Shown here one piece after another: positions 56,381-64,000 of a stretch of DNA of 64,000 nucleotides. The notes under the pieces were generated by a model. The model saw nothing but the letters and a program-made list of their open reading frames with translations. It did no database searches and had not been told where the DNA came from. The position numbers and the translations under genes were made by a program. This stretch comes from Sphingomonadales bacterium. Its GTDB lineage: Bacteria > Pseudomonadota > Alphaproteobacteria > Sphingomonadales > Sphingomonadaceae. Location: NCBI GenBank assembly GCA_031408195.1, contig JANNVL010000082.1, forward strand, positions 16,298-80,297, read 5' to 3'. The stretch's first letter is position 1. Every line of letters starts with the position of its first letter.

Positions 56381-57331
56381 TCAGAGCGTGCCCATCGATA
56401 GGAACTTGCGGCGGCGAGCGGCTTGCAACGCAGCAGGGGCTTCCTTTGACAATGTCGCTAGTTCCTCGCCCAAGGCAGCTTTCAGCGTCGCCGCTGCTGC
56501 CTGGGGCGCGCGGTGCGCGCCGCCAACGGGTTCCGCGACGATACGGTCGATGACGCCGAGGCGTAGCAGATCCTGCGCGGTGACTTTCATCGCTTCGGCG
56601 GCGAGCGCGGCCTGATTAGTGGTGCTCCCGTCGGCGCGCCACAGGATCGACGCGCAGCCTTCGGGGCTGATCACCGAATAAATCGCGTTTTCGAACATCA
56701 GCACACGGTTGGCGGCAGCCAGCGCGACCGCGCCGCCGCTGCCGCCCTCACCGACAATAGCCGCGACCATCGGGACGGTGAGGGCAAGGCAAGCCTCGGT
56801 CGCGCGCGCGATGGCCTCGGCCTGACCGCGCGCCTCGGCATCGATGCCGGGGAAGGCACCGGCAGTGTCGACAAGCGTTACAACTGGCAGGCCGAATTTA
56901 CCCGCGAGTTCCATCAGGCGGATGGCTTTGCGATACCCCTCGGGTCGGCCCATGCCGAAGTTATGCGTCAGCCGCGACGTGGTATCATGGCCCTTTTCAT
57001 GGCCGATCAACACGACCTTGCGTCCGGCGATGGTGGCAAAACCGCCAATGATTGCGGGGTCGTCGGCAAAGGCACGGTCGCCTGACAGCGGCATCCAGTC
57101 GTCGGCCAGCGCGGCGCGATAGGCCGAGAAGCGCGGACGGTGCGGATGCCGCGCAACTTGTGTTCGCTGCCACGGGGTTAGCTTGCTGTAGAGATCGGTA
57201 ATCATCTTTGCGGCGCGTGCATCAAGCCGGTCGGCTTCGGCGGCAGCTTCAGGCGTATCGGTGGCGCGAAGCTCTTCGGCGCTGCGGGCGAGCGCGGCGA
57301 CGGGCTTCTCGAACTCGAGATAGTCGATCAT
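56381..57331 (-). CDS. accA: Acetyl-CoA carboxylase carboxyltransferase alpha
   Basis: [56 protein letters not shown]. Confidence 0.96.
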   Translation of the reverse strand: MIDYLEFEKPVAALARSAEELRATDTPEAAAEADRLDARAAKMITDLYSKLTPWQRTQVARHPHRPRFSAYRAALADDWMPLSGDRAFADDPAIIGGFATIAGRKVVLIGHEKGHDTTSRLTHNFGMGRPEGYRKAIRLMELAGKFGLPVVTLVDTAGAFPGIDAEARGQAEAIARATEACLALTVPMVAAIVGEGGSGGAVALAAANRVLMFENAIYSVISPEGCASILWRADGSTTNQAALAAEAMKVTAQDLLRLGVIDRIVAEPVGGAHRAPQAAAATLKAALGEELATLSKEAPAALQAARRRKFLSMGTL

Positions 57332-57371
57332 TGGGCCGGACTAGTCGCCGCCGCTGCATGAGGCAACGACT

Positions 57372-58490
57372 TCAGTCGAAGCGCCCGCGCCGGACGCGTC
57401 CTTCGCGCTCGATCCCCATCAGGATGCCAATGCACAGCATGACGGTCAGCATCGCCGTGCCGCCATGGCTGACCAGCGGCAACGGGATGCCGACGACGGG
57501 AGCAAGACCCATTACCATCGACAGGTTGATCGCCACATAGAAAAAGATTGTCGCGGTCAAGCCTGCTGCGGTCAGCTTGCCGAACCGCGTCGGGGCACGG
57601 TTGGCTACGCGCATCCCCCAGCGGAACAACATCAGGAACGCGCCGATCAGGAATAATCCGCCAAGCAGTCCCCATTCCTCGGCCATTGTCGCAAAGACGA
57701 AGTCAGTCTGTGGCTCGGGAAGGTAGCTCAAATGCGATTGCGACCCTTGCAAGAAGCCCTTGCCAAAGATGCCGCCTGACCCGATCGCGATTTTCGACTG
57801 GGTAATGTGATAGCCGGTGCCGAGCGGATCGCTTTCGGGATTGAGGAAGATCAGAACGCGGTTGCGCTGGTAATCGTGCATGCCGATCCACACCAGCGGC
57901 AGCGCGGCGGCGAGCGCGGCGGCGGCGCCGACGAATAACCGCACCGGCACGCCCGAGAGGAAGACAATGACGACGCCGCCAAGCGCGATCATGAGCGCGG
58001 TGCCGAGGTCTGGCTGGAGCAGCACCAACACGAACGGCACGACAATCGCGACGCCCGACGGCCACAGCGCGTTCCAGCCCCTGATCTCGCCCGCAGGCAG
58101 CTGGTCATAGAATTTGGCGAGCGCGAGAACGATCATCAATTTCATCAGCTCGGAGGGTTGCAGACGGATAAACCCCAGATCGAGCCAACGTTGGCTGCCC
58201 CCACCGACAAAGCCGAATAGTTCGACCACCAGCAACAGGGCCAGAATGATGACATAGCCTGGCCAGGCGATCCCTTTCCAGAACTCGACCCGCATCCGCG
58301 ACATGGCCAGCGCCATGACGAGATAGACGGCGAATTTGGTGCCGTTGCTGAATGCCCAAGGCCGGATGTTGCCGCCCGCTGCCGAATACAGCACGACCAG
58401 CCCGAATCCGCCGATGGCGAGGATGAGGAACAGCACCCGCCAAGGCAGCGAACGGAGCTGCGCGGGCACGATGCCGGGTTGCGCGCTCAT
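57372..58490 (-). CDS. rodA: Rod shape-determining protein RodA (SEDS)
   Basis: GSQRWLDLGFIRLQPSELMK, QPDLGT, GYHITQS, LPEPQTDFVF, GIPLPLVSHGGT. Start ATG 58490. Confidence 0.95.
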   Translation of the reverse strand: MSAQPGIVPAQLRSLPWRVLFLILAIGGFGLVVLYSAAGGNIRPWAFSNGTKFAVYLVMALAMSRMRVEFWKGIAWPGYVIILALLLVVELFGFVGGGSQRWLDLGFIRLQPSELMKLMIVLALAKFYDQLPAGEIRGWNALWPSGVAIVVPFVLVLLQPDLGTALMIALGGVVIVFLSGVPVRLFVGAAAALAAALPLVWIGMHDYQRNRVLIFLNPESDPLGTGYHITQSKIAIGSGGIFGKGFLQGSQSHLSYLPEPQTDFVFATMAEEWGLLGGLFLIGAFLMLFRWGMRVANRAPTRFGKLTAAGLTATIFFYVAINLSMVMGLAPVVGIPLPLVSHGGTAMLTVMLCIGILMGIEREGRVRRGRFD

Positions 58491-58497
58491 CGCCCGG

Positions 58498-60426
58498 TCA
58501 CCTTGGCGTCTCGGCGGCGTTGTCGCCCGCCTCGACCGTCGGGGTTGCCGCAGCCCCCTCGGCCTGCCGCGCCATGCGCGTGGCAATGTCGCCGCCCCAG
58601 CCCTTTTCCATCTCGACCAGCGTCGCCATCGCTTTCACCGGATCGAACAAATAAGTCAGCACGTCTTTCGCCACCGGCGCTGCCGCGCGCGCGCCGCCAA
58701 GGCCGTGCTCGATCACTACCGAAGCAGCATAGCGCGGATTGTCGGTCGGTGCGAAGCAGACGAACAGGCCGTGGTCGCGGTATCTCCACGCGCCCGACTG
58801 GCCGCGTTGCGATCCTTCGATCTTGCGGACCTGCGCGGTCCCGGTCTTGCCCGCCATCGCGACACCCGGCACTTGCAGGATGCTGCGCCCCGCCGTCCCG
58901 TTGAAGCTCACGACTTCCTTCATCCCCTGCCGGACCACGGCAAGATGCTCATCGGGGCATGACAAATGTGCAGCGGCGGGAGCCCGGCCCATCAGGTGCG
59001 GCACGAGCAAGCGGCCCGAGGCGATCCGCGACGCCATAACCGCGAGCTGGAACGGGCTGGTCAGCACATAGCCCTGTCCGATGGTCGCGTTCAGCGTGTC
59101 CGAGTCAGACCATTTCTGTTTGTACTTACGGAGCTTCCATTCGCTGTCTGGAATGGTCCCATAGCGTTGCGACGTCGCGGGCAGGTCGTATTCAGCGCCC
59201 AGCCCCAGCTCGCGCGCCATCGCCGCGATCTTGTCGTACCCGATGCGGCGGCCCATCGTGTAGAAATAGGTATTGCAGCTCCGCGCGATGGCACGGGTCA
59301 TGTTCATCGGGCCATGCCGCCCCAGACACCGGAACGTGCGGTTGCCCAGTCGATAGCCGCCCCCGCAGAACACAGTCTCGTCGGGATCGACTCCGGCTTT
59401 GAGCAGGGCCAGTGCCGCCGCCGGTTTCAGCGTCGAACCAGGGGGGTAGAGCGATTGCAGCGTCTTGTTGACCAGCGGCAGTCGCTCGTCGCCCGACAGC
59501 CGCGCCCACTCCGCGCGCCCGATGCCGTCAGTGAACGCATTGGGATCGAACGAGGGCATCGACGCGAGTGCGAGGATCGCCCCGGTCGCGGTGTCGATCA
59601 CCGTCACTGCGCCCGAATTGTCGCCCAGCCGTCGCGCCGCATATTCCTGCAACCCGCCGTCGATGGTCATCTGCAATGATTGCCCCGGCACATCGGCGCG
59701 GGTCGCCAGTTCTCGGACCAGCTTGCCGCGCGCGGTGACTTCACTGCGCCGCGCGCCCGGTGTGCCTTTCAGCCGCTCCTGCTCGATCTTTTCGACGCCC
59801 GCCTTGCCGACTTTATAGCCGGGCGTGACCATCAGCGGGTCTTTGGCTTTTTCGTAATCCGCGCCGCTGGCCGCGCCGACATAGCCGAGCAATTGCCCGA
59901 CGGCGGCCCCTGCAGGGTAATAACGCGCAAACCCCTGCGCCGGGATAACGCCCGGCAATTCCTGCGCGCGCACCGACAGCGCGGCATAGCGTTCCCAGTC
60001 GAGGTTCTCGGCGACCTGCACCGGCTGGAAGCCCGTGCCGGTCTTGATATCGTCGGCAATGCGCTCGCGTTCGTCTGGGGTCAGGCCGATGAGGCGGACC
60101 AGTGCGTCAAGCGTTGCGTCCTTGTCGACGAGCCGGTCGGGAATGATATCGACGCGAAATACCGTCCGGTTGAGTGCGAGTGGTTTGCCGTGCCGGTCGA
60201 TCACCCAGCCGCGGCGCGGCGGGATCAGCGATAGATTGACCCGGTTGCTCTCCGCCAGCAGATTGTATTTGTCGTTATCGACAATCGAAATCCACGCCAT
60301 CCGGCCTGCCAGTACGCCGCACAGCCCGATCTGTGCCGCGCCCAGCACGAATCCGCGCCGGGTAAAGCTCATCTGCACTTGCGCTTCGGAAAGGCTGCGC
60401 TTGCCCAGCAAGCGGTCGAGTTTCAT
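58498..60426 (-). CDS. mrdA: Penicillin-binding protein 2
   Basis: PPRRG, YPPGSTLK (SxxK), SCN (SxN), GKTGTAQ (KTG). Confidence 0.95.
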   Translation of the reverse strand: MKLDRLLGKRSLSEAQVQMSFTRRGFVLGAAQIGLCGVLAGRMAWISIVDNDKYNLLAESNRVNLSLIPPRRGWVIDRHGKPLALNRTVFRVDIIPDRLVDKDATLDALVRLIGLTPDERERIADDIKTGTGFQPVQVAENLDWERYAALSVRAQELPGVIPAQGFARYYPAGAAVGQLLGYVGAASGADYEKAKDPLMVTPGYKVGKAGVEKIEQERLKGTPGARRSEVTARGKLVRELATRADVPGQSLQMTIDGGLQEYAARRLGDNSGAVTVIDTATGAILALASMPSFDPNAFTDGIGRAEWARLSGDERLPLVNKTLQSLYPPGSTLKPAAALALLKAGVDPDETVFCGGGYRLGNRTFRCLGRHGPMNMTRAIARSCNTYFYTMGRRIGYDKIAAMARELGLGAEYDLPATSQRYGTIPDSEWKLRKYKQKWSDSDTLNATIGQGYVLTSPFQLAVMASRIASGRLLVPHLMGRAPAAAHLSCPDEHLAVVRQGMKEVVSFNGTAGRSILQVPGVAMAGKTGTAQVRKIEGSQRGQSGAWRYRDHGLFVCFAPTDNPRYAASVVIEHGLGGARAAAPVAKDVLTYLFDPVKAMATLVEMEKGWGGDIATRMARQAEGAAATPTVEAGDNAAETPR

Positions 60427-60435
60427 GGTGCCGCT

Positions 60436-60969
60436 TTAACGCGGACTCCGCCAGCGGTCGAGCGCCGCGCACAGCCGCGCGACCAGCGGAAACAGCAGGG
60501 CGGAAAGCATGATTTGCGGCACCAGCGCCATCGGCGACGTCCCGCCGCCCGTAACCCGCGCGATCATCAGCGCAAACAACAGATATCCCCCGATGGCTAG
60601 CCCCGCCAGCACCCAGTCCTGCCGGTGATCGCGGAACGGGGTTCGCCGGTCGAGATTGTCGAGCAGCAGCATGATTGCGGTCCAGCCGCACATCGCGGTC
60701 CCGATCGGCTGTCCGCTGAACAGATCGTCCCACAGGCCCAGCGGCAATCCCATCCACAACGGCCAGATGTCGCCGCGCAATAGCCGCCAGCCGAGGAACA
60801 CCATCAGGCCAAAAGGCGGCAGCAAAGGCTCGGTCGCGACCACGGGGATTAGCACCGCGAGCGAGCCGATCATCGTCGTCACCACTGGCACCAATTGCCG
60901 TTCGAGTGCGGTCGGGGGCGGCGTAAATGCCGTGCGCCGCATGATCGGCAGTCGCTTAAGAGGAAGCAT
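60436..60969 (-). CDS. mreD: Rod shape-determining protein MreD
   Basis: Hydrophobic; GLWDDLFSGQPIG; between mreC and mrdA. Confidence 0.88.
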   Translation of the reverse strand: MLPLKRLPIMRRTAFTPPPTALERQLVPVVTTMIGSLAVLIPVVATEPLLPPFGLMVFLGWRLLRGDIWPLWMGLPLGLWDDLFSGQPIGTAMCGWTAIMLLLDNLDRRTPFRDHRQDWVLAGLAIGGYLLFALMIARVTGGGTSPMALVPQIMLSALLFPLVARLCAALDRWRSPR

Positions 60970-60972
60970 CGC

Positions 60973-61851
60973 TCAGGGCGCTCCCTCTACGACCGGTGCC
61001 GTGACGACCGGCGGCACATAGGGCGGCAAGGCGATGGCGAAGTCGAGCCGGTTCGGATCCGCGAACGGCCGGGCAATTGTCAGGTCTCGGCTGGACGCAC
61101 GGGCGACCGCGACCGGCACATCGGGCGGATAGACGCCGCCCGCGCCCGAGGTGACAAAGATGTCGCCGACCTTGAACGGGTTCGATCCGGCCTCGAGCGC
61201 ACGGATGTCGAGCGCGCCGTCGCCGCGCCCTGTGGCCAATGCGGGCATCCCGTCGCCGACACGTTTGACCGGCACGACGTTGCCGCCGTCGGTGATGAGC
61301 AACACGCGAGCTGTCACCCGTGAGGCCATGACGACGCGCCCGACCAGCCCCTCGGGCGCGCGGACTGGCTGTCCTGTCGCGACACCCTGCACCGTTCCTG
61401 CCGAAAACGTCGCATAGCGGCGTGTGCTGGCCCCGGTCGAAGCAATCAGGCGCGCGGTTGCCACTTTTTCGACCGTAGTTTCGTTGAGCTGGACAAGGCG
61501 TTTCAACCTTACATTCTCGCGCGCCAGCGCCTGTGCCTCGATCAATTTGGTGCGGCTGGCGCGGAGCTCGGCTTCCATCGCGGTGTTCTTCGACCCGGCT
61601 TCGATATAGGCCGAAACGCCGTCGACGCCCGCCGACACACCACCGACGGCGCTGCGTGCGGCACCCGAGATCGGGGAAGAGATATCGGCAAACACGCCCT
61701 GAATGGCGGCATGGCCTGCGGGATCGAACCGCGCTGTAATCGCCAGCAATAGGCCGACCAACATGCCTGCAATCGCAATGACATAGCTGGCAAACAGGCC
61801 ATATTGCGCGCGCCGTGAAAAACCGGGGCGCCGGGGATTTGGCGGCGCCAT
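60973..61851 (-). CDS. mreC: Rod shape-determining protein MreC
   Basis: TM, coiled coil (ENVRLKRL), GLVGRV, VTSGAGGVYP. Confidence 0.92.
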   Translation of the reverse strand: MAPPNPRRPGFSRRAQYGLFASYVIAIAGMLVGLLLAITARFDPAGHAAIQGVFADISSPISGAARSAVGGVSAGVDGVSAYIEAGSKNTAMEAELRASRTKLIEAQALARENVRLKRLVQLNETTVEKVATARLIASTGASTRRYATFSAGTVQGVATGQPVRAPEGLVGRVVMASRVTARVLLITDGGNVVPVKRVGDGMPALATGRGDGALDIRALEAGSNPFKVGDIFVTSGAGGVYPPDVPVAVARASSRDLTIARPFADPNRLDFAIALPPYVPPVVTAPVVEGAP

Positions 61852-61863
61852 GGTCGCCAGTCC

Positions 61864-63003
<1,140 letters not shown>

Positions 63004-63017
63004 CTAGGGGGTAGTTA

Positions 63018-64000
63018 ATGTCAATACGCCGCCTGCCCGCTCATCTGGTCAATCGAATCGCGGCGGGCGAGGTCGTAGAACGGCCCGCATCTGCGTTGAA
63101 GGAACTGGTCGAAAACGCCATCGACGCCGGGGCAAGGCGGATTTCGGTGGTGCTGGCAGGCGGCGGCATCGAAGGGATCGAAGTCGTCGACGACGGCTGC
63201 GGCATGTCGCCAAGCGATATCGCTTTGGCGCTCGAACGCCACGCCACGTCGAAACTGCCCGACGAGTTCATCGAGAACGTCTCGACCATGGGGTTTCGCG
63301 GCGAGGCGTTGCCGTCGATTGCAAGCGTTGCACGGTTGACCATCGAGAGCAGGACCGCAGGCGGGGAAGGGTGGTCGCGTACCGTCGACAATGGCGATGT
63401 GGTGGCGGATGGCCCCGCCGCGCTGCCGCCCGGCACGCGCGTCAAGGTCGAGGGTCTGTTCGCTCGCGTCCCCGCCCGTGCCAAATTCCTCCGCAGCCCT
63501 CGCAGCGAGTACGCCGCCTGTGTCGATGTCCTCAAACGTCTCGCCATGTCGCGGCACGATATCGCGTTTACGCACGACCATGACGGGCGGCGGACGCTGT
63601 CGGTAGCGAGCGAAGAACAGGCCTCGCGCGTGGCGGCACTGACCGACCGATTGCTGGTCGATAATAGTGTTTCCGTCGATGCAGTGCGCGAGGGTGTGCA
63701 CTTGGGCGGGGTCGCGGGCCTGCCGACGTTCAATCGCGGCGTTGCCGACCACCAATATCTGTTCGTCAACGGACGACCCGTGAAGGACCGGCTGCTGATC
63801 GGTGCCGTGCGCGGTGCCTATGCCGAAATGCTGGCGCGCGACCGCCATGCCGTGGTCGCGCTGTTCCTCGACGTGCCATGCGACATGGTCGATGTGAACG
63901 TGCATCCAGCGAAGACCGAAGTCCGTTTCCGCGACCCTGCGATGATACGCGGGCTGATCGTCGGCGGGTTGCGGGCGGCGCTGGACGCCGCAGGGCATCG
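63018..64000 (+). CDS. mutL: DNA mismatch repair protein MutL; 3' end runs off the window
   Basis: Not in the ORF track (no stop). From ATG 63018: MSIRRLPAHLVNRIAAGEVVERPASALKELVENAIDAG...HATSKL...GFRGEALPSI...VNVHPAKTEVRF. Confidence 0.96.
   Translation, partial: MSIRRLPAHLVNRIAAGEVVERPASALKELVENAIDAGARRISVVLAGGGIEGIEVVDDGCGMSPSDIALALERHATSKLPDEFIENVSTMGFRGEALPSIASVARLTIESRTAGGEGWSRTVDNGDVVADGPAALPPGTRVKVEGLFARVPARAKFLRSPRSEYAACVDVLKRLAMSRHDIAFTHDHDGRRTLSVASEEQASRVAALTDRLLVDNSVSVDAVREGVHLGGVAGLPTFNRGVADHQYLFVNGRPVKDRLLIGAVRGAYAEMLARDRHAVVALFLDVPCDMVDVNVHPAKTEVRFRDPAMIRGLIVGGLRAALDAAGH

Overview
GC-rich alphaproteobacterial chromosome segment, most consistent with a Sphingomonadaceae member (inferred from gene content and a tRNA-His that keeps G-1:C73). 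Core genes include cobA (partial), astD, selO, an Entner-Doudoroff operon (zwf-edd-glk-eda), lon-hupB-tRNA-Val, tRNA-His, tRNA-Lys, accA, mreBCD-mrdA-rodA and mutL (partial). The main accessory signals are six. (1) A sulfoquinovose monooxygenase (sulfo-SMO)-type catabolic locus at 30.5-40.5 kb: SmoC-like LLM monooxygenase, SmoB-like aldo/keto reductase, LacI, NAD-dependent SQase-like Gfo/Idh/MocA protein, TonB receptor, an unexplained SGNH esterase, MFS and YeiH-type exporter, with two identical 16-bp operators. (2) A lipoprotein-TonB receptor-gspC..N type II secretion locus with 11-bp-phased Pho-box-like half-sites. (3) An unannotated 25-aa peptide gene with its own SD, tandem CtrA-like boxes and terminator, directly behind a CHASE2-EAL phosphodiesterase. 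(4) A flavin amine oxidase fused to a cyclic-nucleotide-binding domain, coupled to an unannotated membrane protein. (5) A ~124-bp dispersed hairpin repeat whose end supplies the Shine-Dalgarno of the next gene in both copies. (6) A degenerate Amt paralog. All calls come from reading motifs by eye; no database searches were run, and family assignments rest on recalled motifs.
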